Made by a program: the position numbers and the translations under genes | In this document: in pieces, positions 12,171-20,602 of the stretch | Layout: the number at the start of each line of letters is the position of its first letter | How positions within the stretch are numbered: position 1 is the first letter of the stretch | Assembly: GCA_007135125.1 (NCBI GenBank) | Contig: SLJK01000053.1 | Coordinates: 3,974-67,973, forward strand | Direction: 5' to 3' | Source of the DNA: Syntrophomonadaceae bacterium | GTDB taxonomy: Bacteria > Bacillota > Dethiobacteria > DTU022 > UBA8154 | DNA: 64,000 bases | Notes under the pieces: model-generated | The model's input: only the letters and a program-made list of their open reading frames with translations | What the model was told of the DNA's origin: nothing | Databases searched by the model: none

Positions 12171-12956
12171 TTATTTACCACCTCCTTTGCTTAGCAAAGT
12201 TACGAGCTTCTGGTAAACTTCTTCCATGCCCGGCAGCAGATCTTCGGGAGCAAAGCCATGGGGAGACATCTCCATGGACCTCTCCCAAACATCTTCCTGG
12301 TAGTTCAAAAATCCTACAATATCTTCTTCCTTGAAGTTGCTGCGCAAAAACTCCTTTTCCTGCTCTTTGCGAATCTTATTCCCCAAAATTTTAACATTTT
12401 CGATACCCAGTTCACGGGCCAGTTTCTGCACTACGCCGGCTGTTTTCACACCGGCCCTGGTAGGTTCGGCTACTACCAGGATCATATCTACTCCTTCTGC
12501 TGTTCCCCTGGTTAAATGTTCAATGCCTGCACTCATATCCATAATAACAATTTCTTTCTTATCCAACAGCAGCGAATTCAGGACAGCATTAAGAAAGGAG
12601 TTCTCCTTGCAATAGCAGGCAGAACCCCCCTGTTTAATACCTCCCATCAACATAAACTTAATGTTGCCTTTTTGCAGGCTGTAGTTATCTATTACATCTT
12701 CCACCTCGGGGTTAATGCTGTAAAATGCACCACCGCCACCACTTTTTTCTTCGATAACTTCCTTCATTTCCACCAGGGGAGTAATAGAATCCAATTCGCC
12801 AGGGTCAAGTCCCAGGGTAAGCCCCAGGCTGGCATCAGGATCGGCATCCAAAGCAAAAACATGGTAACCCTCCCTGGCGAAAAGAAAAGCAAGATTGGCA
12901 GAGACGGTTGTTTTACCTACTCCACCCTTACCAGACACCGCTATTTTCACCGGCAA
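12171..12956 (-). CDS. cooC: CODH/ACS nickel-insertion ATPase (CooC/AcsF family)
   Basis: GKGGVGKT, DADPD, GGSACYC, DMSAGIEH. Confidence 0.9.
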   Translation of the reverse strand: MPVKIAVSGKGGVGKTTVSANLAFLFAREGYHVFALDADPDASLGLTLGLDPGELDSITPLVEMKEVIEEKSGGGGAFYSINPEVEDVIDNYSLQKGNIKFMLMGGIKQGGSACYCKENSFLNAVLNSLLLDKKEIVIMDMSAGIEHLTRGTAEGVDMILVVAEPTRAGVKTAGVVQKLARELGIENVKILGNKIRKEQEKEFLRSNFKEEDIVGFLNYQEDVWERSMEMSPHGFAPEDLLPGMEEVYQKLVTLLSKGGGK

Positions 12957-13001
12957 CTCCTCCTAACCTGGTTACCTATCAGCAAAATAAAATATTGCTT
13001 C

Positions 13002-13055
13002 AGATAATTATTATCTTACTAATATAATTATACTATAATTGTTCTCATCCCGCAA
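13002..13055 (-). promoter_or_regulatory. Putative sigma-A promoter of the acs operon with a 7-1-7 Fur-family-like operator
   Basis: Minus strand TTGCGG-N17-TATAAT (13055-13027); AGATAAT-T-ATTATCT palindrome at 13002-13016. Confidence 0.55.
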
Positions 13056-13161
13056 TGAATGTTCTTTATCCACTTATTTTCTCTTATATACCATTGCTCA
13101 TTTCGCTATCTTTCAACTTTATTCCTGCACCAGAATTTTCTTAATTTAACCATGTTAGCAT

Positions 13162-13188
13162 AAAAAAAGCCCCGCTAAAAAACGGGGC
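13162..13188 (-). terminator. Intrinsic terminator of clpC
   Basis: gccccg/cggggc stem followed by T7 on the minus strand. Confidence 0.75.
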
Positions 13189-13195
13189 AGCATTT

Positions 13196-15712
13196 TTATT
13201 CAGAAGAACTTTTTTCTTCTTCTTTAGAACCTTTTTCCTCTTCTCTTTCTTGTTCATCAGGATCTTCTGATTTGCTGGCGCCTTTCGTAAAAACCAATTT
13301 TTCTGCGTCTTTTTCTTTTTCTACCATAATCTTATCACCGGTGGTAAAGTTGCCTTTTAACAATTCTTCGGATATACCGTCTTCTAATTTTTTCTGGATA
13401 ACACGCCTGAGAGGACGGGCCCCGTAAGTAGGATCATAACCTTCCTTGGCAAGCAGATCCTTGGCTTCCTGGGACACCTCCAGGGATAGACCGTAGTCAG
13501 TGACTCGATTCGAAAGCTCTTTTAACATAAGCTCCACGATCTTGGATATATCATCTTCAGTAAGGGATTTGAAAACAATAAGATCGTCAACCCTGTTTAA
13601 AAACTCGGGACGGAAAGTACGCCTGAGCTCATCCAGCAACCTACTCTTCATCTGCTCGTATGTTGCATCTTCATCAGATGTTTTAAAACCCATTACAGGT
13701 TGTTTTTTAATATAAGTTGCGCCTACATTTGATGTCATGATAACCACGGTGTTGCGAAAATTGATGGTTCTGCCTTTACCGTCGGTAAGCCGCCCATCTT
13801 CTAATATCTGCAGTAAAATATTGAATACATCCGGGTGGGCTTTTTCTATTTCATCCAAAAGGATAACGCTGTAAGGCTTGCGCCTTACCTTTTCGGTAAG
13901 CTGACCGCCCTCTTCATAGCCTATATAGCCGGGAGGCGCACCGACAAGACGCGCTGTGGTATGTTTTTCCATGTATTCCGACATATCCAAGCGGATCATG
14001 GCATCTTCATCCCCAAAAAGAGATTCGGCCAGGGTGCGAGCCAGTTCTGTTTTTCCAACCCCCGTGGGACCCAGGAAGATAAAGGAACCGATAGGCCTTT
14101 TGGGATCTTTTAATCCGGCCCTACCCCTTCTTATAGCCCTGGAAATAGCCTGCACAGCTTCATGCTGGCCGATGACCCTCTGGTGCAGTATTTCCTCCAT
14201 ACGCAACAATTTGGCCGACTCTTCTTCGGCAAGTCTTACAACCGGTATGCCCGTCCAGCTAGCAACAATATGGGCAATGTCTTCTTCGCCAACCAATACC
14301 TGGTCTGATACAACCTTTTTCTTCTCCCAGTCTTTTTTCAACTCATTAAGCTTGGCCCGGAATTGCTGTTCTTTATCTCTCAATTGGGCTGCCTGTTCAA
14401 ATTCCTGCCCTCTTACAGCAGCTTCCTTCTCCTGTCTAATGCCTTCCAGCTTATCCTCCATCTCCTTTAAATCCGGCGGAGCGGTATAATTTCGCAATCT
14501 GACACGAGAAGCTGCTTCATCAATTAAATCAATCGCTTTATCAGGAAGATATCGGTCTTGAATATAGCGATCCCCCAGCTTAACAGCAGCATCCAGAGCT
14601 TCATCTGTAATCTTAACCCTGTGATGCGCCTCATAGCGGTCCCTGAGGCCCCTTAAGATTTCCCGACTTTCATCCAGGGAAGGCTCACCCACTACGATAG
14701 GCTGGAATCTTCTCTCCAAGGCCGGGTCTCTTTCGATATATTTCCTGTATTCATCAAGAGTTGTGGCACCGATAGCTTGAAGCTCACCCTTGGCCAGGGC
14801 CGGCTTTAGAATATTGGAAGCGTCTATCGCGCCTTCGGCGGCACCTGCACCTATGATGGTGTGCATTTCGTCGATAAAAATAATTACATTACCGGCCTGC
14901 TGCAATTCCATCATCAGTTTGCGGAGGCGCTCTTCAAATTCCCCGCGATACTTGGTCCCAGCCACTACCGCAGCTAACTCCAAGGTTACCACCCTTTTGT
15001 CACTCAAAATGTCAGGTACATTTCCTTCAGTTATACGCTGCGCCAAGCCTTCCACAATGGCAGTCTTACCTACACCGGGTTCACCGATAAGGCAGGGGTT
15101 ATTTTTAGTCCTCCGGCTTAAAATCTGCACAACCCTTTCTATCTCCTGGTCACGTCCAATAACAGGATCCAGTTTTCCTTCTCCGGCCAACTTGGTAAGA
15201 TCCCGGCCAAAAGCATCCACGGTGGGTGTTTGGGGTGCACTCTTGCCGGTCTGGGCACTTCCCAGTTGTGCCTCCCCGCCCAGCAGTTGAATAACCTCTT
15301 TACGAGCTTTCTTCAGATCAACTCCGAGATTGGTTAAAACCTGTGCTGCAATTCCTTCCCCTTCTCTCAGCAAACCCAACAAAAGATGCTCGGTTCCCAC
15401 ATAATTATGACCAAGGTTTTGTCCTTCTTCTATGGCAAGCTCTATTACTTTTTTGGCCCGGGGTGTATAGCTTATGCCTTGTACTTGAGCTTTGTCACCT
15501 TTGCCGATAATTTTTTCAACTTCGGAACGGACCAGTACCAGCTCAATATCCAGGTTTTGAAGGGCCCGGGCTGCAATGCCCGATCCTTCCCTAACAAGCC
15601 CCAAAAGAATATGCTCAGTTCCAATAAAATTATGGTTAAGCCTTTTGGCCTCCTCCTGGGCTAAAACCAGTACCTGCTGGGCCCTTTCGGTAAATCTACC
15701 AAACATAAACAC
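13196..15712 (-). CDS. clpC: ATP-dependent Clp protease ATPase subunit ClpC
   Basis: [11 protein letters not shown]-domain, GEPGVGKT and GPTGVGKT Walker A motifs, UVR coiled coil, MGF ClpP-binding loop. Confidence 0.97.
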   Translation of the reverse strand: MFMFGRFTERAQQVLVLAQEEAKRLNHNFIGTEHILLGLVREGSGIAARALQNLDIELVLVRSEVEKIIGKGDKAQVQGISYTPRAKKVIELAIEEGQNLGHNYVGTEHLLLGLLREGEGIAAQVLTNLGVDLKKARKEVIQLLGGEAQLGSAQTGKSAPQTPTVDAFGRDLTKLAGEGKLDPVIGRDQEIERVVQILSRRTKNNPCLIGEPGVGKTAIVEGLAQRITEGNVPDILSDKRVVTLELAAVVAGTKYRGEFEERLRKLMMELQQAGNVIIFIDEMHTIIGAGAAEGAIDASNILKPALAKGELQAIGATTLDEYRKYIERDPALERRFQPIVVGEPSLDESREILRGLRDRYEAHHRVKITDEALDAAVKLGDRYIQDRYLPDKAIDLIDEAASRVRLRNYTAPPDLKEMEDKLEGIRQEKEAAVRGQEFEQAAQLRDKEQQFRAKLNELKKDWEKKKVVSDQVLVGEEDIAHIVASWTGIPVVRLAEEESAKLLRMEEILHQRVIGQHEAVQAISRAIRRGRAGLKDPKRPIGSFIFLGPTGVGKTELARTLAESLFGDEDAMIRLDMSEYMEKHTTARLVGAPPGYIGYEEGGQLTEKVRRKPYSVILLDEIEKAHPDVFNILLQILEDGRLTDGKGRTINFRNTVVIMTSNVGATYIKKQPVMGFKTSDEDATYEQMKSRLLDELRRTFRPEFLNRVDDLIVFKSLTEDDISKIVELMLKELSNRVTDYGLSLEVSQEAKDLLAKEGYDPTYGARPLRRVIQKKLEDGISEELLKGNFTTGDKIMVEKEKDAEKLVFTKGASKSEDPDEQEREEEKGSKEEEKSSSE

Positions 15713-15823
15713 CAGAAACGCACTCCTTTCAAATTAGGATAAAGATTTCAATTTAATTAATAGCTACCTTGTATGCATATAATTCTATCTGGTTCAGCAA
15801 GCCTATCTAGTACAGCAAACCTG

Positions 15824-16990
15824 CTACGGCAAACATTTTTGTATTTGTACTGACCTTTCCAGGTCCCTTTCATAGTGACTTAAAGTCTTTTCTTTGAGAT
15901 TTTGAAGGCACCCCGAACGAATTAACACCAACAACTCGTTTAGGGTTTTCAGGGGTATATTATCAACCATCCCCATCTCCACTCCCAGACGGACATCTGA
16001 GATTAGCTGCATAGCTTCCTGGAAGCCAAGAAGCCGTGCATGTTTGAGTATGCCATAAGCCCGCCCGGCCCTATCGGCCAATTTTTCTCTCCCGGCATTG
16101 AGAAGTTGTTCCCGGGCCGCTCTTTCTTGATTAATAAGCTTGTTGATAACCCCATAGAGATTTCTCCATATTTCTTCTTCAGTCTGACCGAGGGTAACCT
16201 GATTGGAGATCTGGAAAAGCCTCCCTGTCATTTGACTTCCTTCCCCATATATACCTTCAACTGCCAGGCCTACCTGCCCTACAGCAGAGAGAATCCTGTT
16301 TATTTGACCGGTAATTACCAGGGCAGGCAGGTGAAGCAGGGCAGAAGCACGAAGCCCTGTTCCAACCTTGGTCGGGCAGGCCGTAAGATAACCAAGTTCT
16401 TCGCAGAAAGCATAATCTATCACTTCCTCCAGGTAATCATCATGGCAGGAAACTGCTTCCCAGGCTTTTTCCAGCTGCAGACCGGGCAAAAGGGCCTGCA
16501 GGAGGAGGTGATCCTCCTCATTAACCAAAATACCCATTACCTCATCAGGACTTAACAGGAGAGCACTGTATTCAGGTTCTCTTACCATCAAAAGACTAAT
16601 CAATTGCTTTTCTGTCAACACCTGACGCTTTATTGGAGACAGCCCGCTTAAATTTATTAATGAATAAGCTGAGAATCTTTCCTGTTGCTCCTTAAAAATC
16701 TTTTCCAGCAAACTAAATACTTTTTCGCGTTGTTCTTCGGTAGCCAGGCAAGGAAAAGGAATGCCCTTTATATTTCGCGCCAGCTGCATACGGCTGTTGA
16801 TCACAATATCAGCTTCAGGACCCGTCCCGTCCATCCATGTGCAGATCATCTCTGCCCGCTTCTGGTCCTCTATAATTCCAGCGCCTTTATGATCCAGTTC
16901 CTTTTCCGTTTCTCCCTGGAGTCCCGGGTTCCCTTCTTTTTCCTTAAATACTTTTTTGCCCCGGCCCTGCTTTCTTTCATTATTCTTCAA
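15824..16990 (-). CDS. mcsB: McsB protein-arginine-kinase homolog with degenerate active site
   Basis: Phosphagen-kinase fold (NEEDH, CPT.VGTGLRAS) between mcsA and clpC; start moved to TTG 16990 after GGAGGTG. Confidence 0.9.
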   Translation of the reverse strand: MKNNERKQGRGKKVFKEKEGNPGLQGETEKELDHKGAGIIEDQKRAEMICTWMDGTGPEADIVINSRMQLARNIKGIPFPCLATEEQREKVFSLLEKIFKEQQERFSAYSLINLSGLSPIKRQVLTEKQLISLLMVREPEYSALLLSPDEVMGILVNEEDHLLLQALLPGLQLEKAWEAVSCHDDYLEEVIDYAFCEELGYLTACPTKVGTGLRASALLHLPALVITGQINRILSAVGQVGLAVEGIYGEGSQMTGRLFQISNQVTLGQTEEEIWRNLYGVINKLINQERAAREQLLNAGREKLADRAGRAYGILKHARLLGFQEAMQLISDVRLGVEMGMVDNIPLKTLNELLVLIRSGCLQNLKEKTLSHYERDLERSVQIQKCLP

Positions 16991-17522
16991 GGCCTTCACC
17001 TCCGGTAAAAACCTGGTCTTCCAGCTGGCGTATCTCGTCCCGCAATTTTGCAGCCCCTTCAAAATCTTCTTCATAAATTTTCTTTTGCATTTCGCTGCGC
17101 ATACGCTCTACTTCTTTTTTCAATTTCAGAGAAGAACCGGCCCGGGCAGGAACTTTACCGATATGTTTTTGGTTTCCGTGAAGCCTACGGATTAGAGAAT
17201 GAAGCCCCGGGGAAAATATTCTGTAACAACTATCACAACCCAGACGTCCTATTTGCATAAACTGGGCATAGGTCAATCCGCAGCTGGTACACTGCAATCC
17301 TTCTGAAGCCTCTCGCGGCAGTTTTTCAGTGCCTCCGGGCGGTATTATTTCCAGGATGTCGCTGAAAAATTGATGGAGAGGAAACTCTTCATCAAAGGAC
17401 AATTCAAAATCCCCTTGAGCCCTGGCACAAACCTCACAAAGGAAATATTCAGTTTTTTCCCCATTAACAATCTTTGTTAGATGCACATTTGCGTTGCCTT
17501 TTGCACACTTTTGACATATCAT
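16980..17522 (-). CDS. mcsA: McsA activator (four CxxC motifs + UVR domain)
   Basis: CQKC, CEVC, CTSC, GRLGCDSC, EDFEGAAKLRD; start moved to ATG 17522. Confidence 0.93.
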   Translation of the reverse strand: MICQKCAKGNANVHLTKIVNGEKTEYFLCEVCARAQGDFELSFDEEFPLHQFFSDILEIIPPGGTEKLPREASEGLQCTSCGLTYAQFMQIGRLGCDSCYRIFSPGLHSLIRRLHGNQKHIGKVPARAGSSLKLKKEVERMRSEMQKKIYEEDFEGAAKLRDEIRQLEDQVFTGGEGLEE

Positions 17523-17618
17523 AAAAACAACCTCGCTAAATCTTAATGTAAAAATTGTCCCCACAGGTCCATTCTATGTAATCCTCGATGCTGCTGAAAA
17601 AACTACTATCCAAATCCG

Positions 17619-18080
17619 TTAAAAGGAAATCAAGGTAAATAGGACTTTCTTAAGCATCCAGCCTCTGAATTCTGCTCGCAAAGTGTCATCTTCAATATAA
17701 TTCAAGCTGTCCAGAACAGCCTCCATCATACGCCATTCACGAAATGATATCAACCGCCCATCAAAAAGCCTTTGCATAAAATCCCTGGCTTTATTATCCG
17801 TTATCTGACCCTCAATAATCTCTTCCAATATCATGCTAAGCAGCTCTTCTGAAGAAACATCTAATTGTCTAATTCTTAAATAACCTTTCCCGCCGCGCTT
17901 ACTTTCCACCAGATAACCTTTTTCCAGGGTGAACCGGGTTTCCAAAACATAGTTCACCTGCGAAGGGACACATTTAAATTTGGCAGCCAATTCTTTTCTT
18001 TTAATATCAATATAGCCAACCGCACTTAAACGTAACAGTTTTTTCAGGTAAGTTTCCATATTACTGGCCAAACTACTCAT
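17619..18080 (-). CDS. ctsR: Class III heat-shock repressor CtsR
   Basis: FKCVPSQVNYVLETRF, GYLVESKRGG; first gene of the clpC operon. Confidence 0.93.
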   Translation of the reverse strand: MSSLASNMETYLKKLLRLSAVGYIDIKRKELAAKFKCVPSQVNYVLETRFTLEKGYLVESKRGGKGYLRIRQLDVSSEELLSMILEEIIEGQITDNKARDFMQRLFDGRLISFREWRMMEAVLDSLNYIEDDTLRAEFRGWMLKKVLFTLISF

Positions 18081-18114
18081 GCTCCACCTCGGGCATTAAA
18101 ATTGCCTACAGTGC

Positions 18115-18145
18115 TCTGACCTTCTTTGACCTTTTGTCTATTATA
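18115..18145 (-). promoter_or_regulatory. CtsR operator and -10 element
   Basis: Minus strand TATAAT-agacaaaa-GGTCAAA-gaa-GGTCAGA, the CtsR direct heptad repeat. Confidence 0.85.
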
Positions 18146-18284
18146 CCTTCCCCACCCCCTAGCAGGGCAAACGGTAATTGAACTAACCTGTGACCATAGA
18201 AAGTGATTTTTGTCAATTAGCTCGGATTTACTAGTATATAACCTGTATATCAGGTTATTGCTGCCCATTCTGTACTATAAACAC

Positions 18285-18307
18285 AAAAAAATGCCCCGCA
18301 GGGGGCA
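18285..18307 (-). terminator. Intrinsic terminator after mgtC
   Basis: tgcccc/ggggca stem with T7 tail on the minus strand. Confidence 0.75.
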
Positions 18308-18378
18308 CTCTGCCTGGTGAGAGCCTGTCGTAAACATTGCTTCTTTTAGCTTGCTGTTCAACCCGGGCTCACTATAAT

Positions 18379-19110
18379 TTAATGGTTACTAAAATAATTG
18401 TTCTTGTCCTTTTTAACATGTTCATCACCTTCAAGTTTTACTTCCAGAACATCTGAGAGAGCAGCAATCTTTTGTACAAGCTCATCGGTACCCAGACCTG
18501 GAGGAAGACGAAGAAATAGCTCCATGTAAAGAACATCTTGTTTTAATTCTTCTACGTATTCTGTATGACTTAAGTCTATCTTAGTGATATGAACATCCAG
18601 ATCTCCAAGCAGTGCACCTATACTTCCTACCAGCTTGGGGCGATCTATGCCACGTATCAGGAGACGTTTTAGCTGCTTTGCCCTGGTCAGGGGGCCTTCA
18701 ATACTACGCAGCATAACCAGGCTCACCAGCGCCATCAAAGTGGCCACTACTGCACCCAGGTAAAAACCAATACCTATGGCCAATCCTATACCGGAAACGA
18801 TCCAGATGCTGGCCGCTGTAGTGAGACCTGTTATGGTGCTGCCGTGACGTAAAATAGTCCCTGCCCCCAGGAAGCCTACACCAGTTACAACCTGTGCAGC
18901 AATACGAGAGGGATCTACCAAATAACCTTGAAAATCAGTAAATCCGTACGCTGAAACCATCATTACCAGGGCCGAACCCACACATACCAGTATATGGGTC
19001 CTGAAACCGGCCGGCCTCCTGTGGCTTTCACGTTCAAAGCCCACAACACCGCCCAGTAAAACAGCCAAAACAAGTCTTATAATAATTTCGTAATAGGTTA
19101 TCTCTGCCAT
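18379..19110 (-). CDS. MgtC/SapB family membrane protein with C-terminal ACT-like domain
   Basis: GFERE..RRPAGFRTH, DPSRIAAQVVTGVGFLGAG, GLTTAASIW. Confidence 0.9.
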   Translation of the reverse strand: MAEITYYEIIIRLVLAVLLGGVVGFERESHRRPAGFRTHILVCVGSALVMMVSAYGFTDFQGYLVDPSRIAAQVVTGVGFLGAGTILRHGSTITGLTTAASIWIVSGIGLAIGIGFYLGAVVATLMALVSLVMLRSIEGPLTRAKQLKRLLIRGIDRPKLVGSIGALLGDLDVHITKIDLSHTEYVEELKQDVLYMELFLRLPPGLGTDELVQKIAALSDVLEVKLEGDEHVKKDKNNYFSNH

Positions 19111-19140
19111 GCAAACAACCCCAAACACTCTAATAAAAAT

Positions 19141-20334
19141 TTATTTGACAGGAACTGTTACCAAATCATCAGCAATGGGGCTTAGTTTTTCAGCTCCCGT
19201 TTCTGTTATAACCCATACATTTTCCAACCCTACTACACCTTTGTCAGGAAAAACGAACTTGGGCTCCAGTGCAAATACCATTCCTGGTTGTAATAGATGA
19301 GAACCCGCAGCTAGTATTGGAAATTCATCAATATCCAAACCAAGACCATGCCCGATGAATTTAACTTTTCCATCTCCATAACCCATAAAATATTCCTCCA
19401 GGCCCTCAGAACGCGCCAATTCCAGGCTTAGCGCATAAAGATCTTCAACCGCAACACCCGGCTGACACCTGGAAATAATTTCATCCTGTATTTTCCTGGC
19501 CAACCCATAGGCTTTCAACAGCTCCGAGGAGAGTTTGCCGATAGAAAATACACGGGTGTGATCCAGGGTATATCCTTCATAGATACTGGCATAATCAAGA
19601 CCGATAGGTTCATGTGGAGCCAGTTTTTTCCATCCGGCACCCTGGGGGCTGGCAGTGGTAAGACCCTCTCCACCTGTACAGCTGTCCAAAAAAGTGCTTT
19701 TCATTCCCGTAATGCCAGAATAAACATGCCCGAAAGCCATTTCCGTATTAAAGCTTCGCATCCTTAGCAAACCCTGGTGGCCAGCCCGGCGATACAGGTT
19801 CTCTATCTCCGCAGCCAGCATTAGTTCTGTTTTTCCCACCCGCAGCAGGTCGGGCACTTTCTCCATTATCTCTGCAGCTATACGGCCGGCTTCTCTAAAA
19901 CAGTCCACTTCATAGGATGATTTAAGCATGCGTATTTCTTTAATAGCCGGGGAAACATCCTTAAATTCAACACCGGGCATAACCGCTTGAAGGTTTTGGT
20001 ACTCATTTACAGGAAGAACATCCAACTCCAAACCAATTTTATGAACTTCCTTGAACCCTGTTTCAGCCAGATATGAGGGCAATTGCTTTACAGTTTTTAA
20101 ACGCAATATCTGATCCCACTGGGATTCTTCACAGGCACGGGAAAAATTGCGCTTGACCATATAAAGAGGATCTCCTTCTGCGGGAATAAATAGATAACCC
20201 TGCTGCATGGAACCGGCAAAGTAAAACAGGTCTATCCTCTCCCTCAAAAGTGCCCCCTCCAGGTCTTCCTGCTGCAATCTTTCCTGGAATCTATTCACTC
20301 TATTTTCCAATTCAAAACGAGGGGTGGGCTGCAA
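19141..20334 (-). CDS. M24 family (Xaa-Pro) peptidase
   Basis: Creatinase-like N-domain; D...GY..D.TR, GHGLGL, EP, GLE metal-ligand motifs. Confidence 0.85.
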   Translation of the reverse strand: MQPTPRFELENRVNRFQERLQQEDLEGALLRERIDLFYFAGSMQQGYLFIPAEGDPLYMVKRNFSRACEESQWDQILRLKTVKQLPSYLAETGFKEVHKIGLELDVLPVNEYQNLQAVMPGVEFKDVSPAIKEIRMLKSSYEVDCFREAGRIAAEIMEKVPDLLRVGKTELMLAAEIENLYRRAGHQGLLRMRSFNTEMAFGHVYSGITGMKSTFLDSCTGGEGLTTASPQGAGWKKLAPHEPIGLDYASIYEGYTLDHTRVFSIGKLSSELLKAYGLARKIQDEIISRCQPGVAVEDLYALSLELARSEGLEEYFMGYGDGKVKFIGHGLGLDIDEFPILAAGSHLLQPGMVFALEPKFVFPDKGVVGLENVWVITETGAEKLSPIADDLVTVPVK

Positions 20335-20382
20335 ATATAAAACCTCCAGTTATGCGCTATAACGCAATAGTATGATGCTCTA

Positions 20383-20411
20383 ATCTTAATAGAGAAGCAC
20401 ACCTTTGTCAA
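20383..20411 (-). promoter_or_regulatory. Sigma-A promoter of the peptidase-mgtC unit
   Basis: TTGACA-N17-TAAGAT on the minus strand. Confidence 0.65.
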
Positions 20412-20437
20412 CTGAAGAAAGCCGGCGGGTACATCCT

Positions 20438-20484
20438 ATACAGTGAAACAGCCCGGGAGATAAGCCCGGGCTGTTTCACTGTAT
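20438..20484. terminator. 20-bp perfect hairpin after the NSS small subunit (terminator or 3' stabiliser)
   Basis: atacagtgaaacagcccggg-N7-cccgggctgtttcactgtat; no U tract. Confidence 0.6.
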
Positions 20485-20496
20485 CTTACAAAAACC

Positions 20497-20601
20497 TTAT
20501 TTCCATCCCTTTCCCCTGCTGGCTATCGAGGCGCTCCAGAGGAACCCTCCTCCAAATATAACCAGTCCTACAATCAAAGAAATAACAGCTGAAGCTTCCA
20601 T
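20497..20601 (-). CDS. MetS-like small subunit of NSS transporter, 34 aa (absent from the ORF track)
   Basis: MEASAVISLIVGLVIFGGGFLWSASIASRGKGWK; single TM; ATG 1 nt after the transporter stop; GAGGTGGAG SD. Confidence 0.8.
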   Translation of the reverse strand: MEASAVISLIVGLVIFGGGFLWSASIASRGKGWK

Positions 20602-20602
20602 T

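Noticed and set aside
16991..17074. Longer McsB start given by the ORF track
   Set aside because: It overlaps mcsA by about 95 bp and has no SD; TTG 16990 has GGAGGTG.
18077..18268. 63-aa ORF upstream of ctsR, and the similar 61-aa ORF at 22210-22395
   Set aside because: Both span promoter and operator elements, with no SD or motif.
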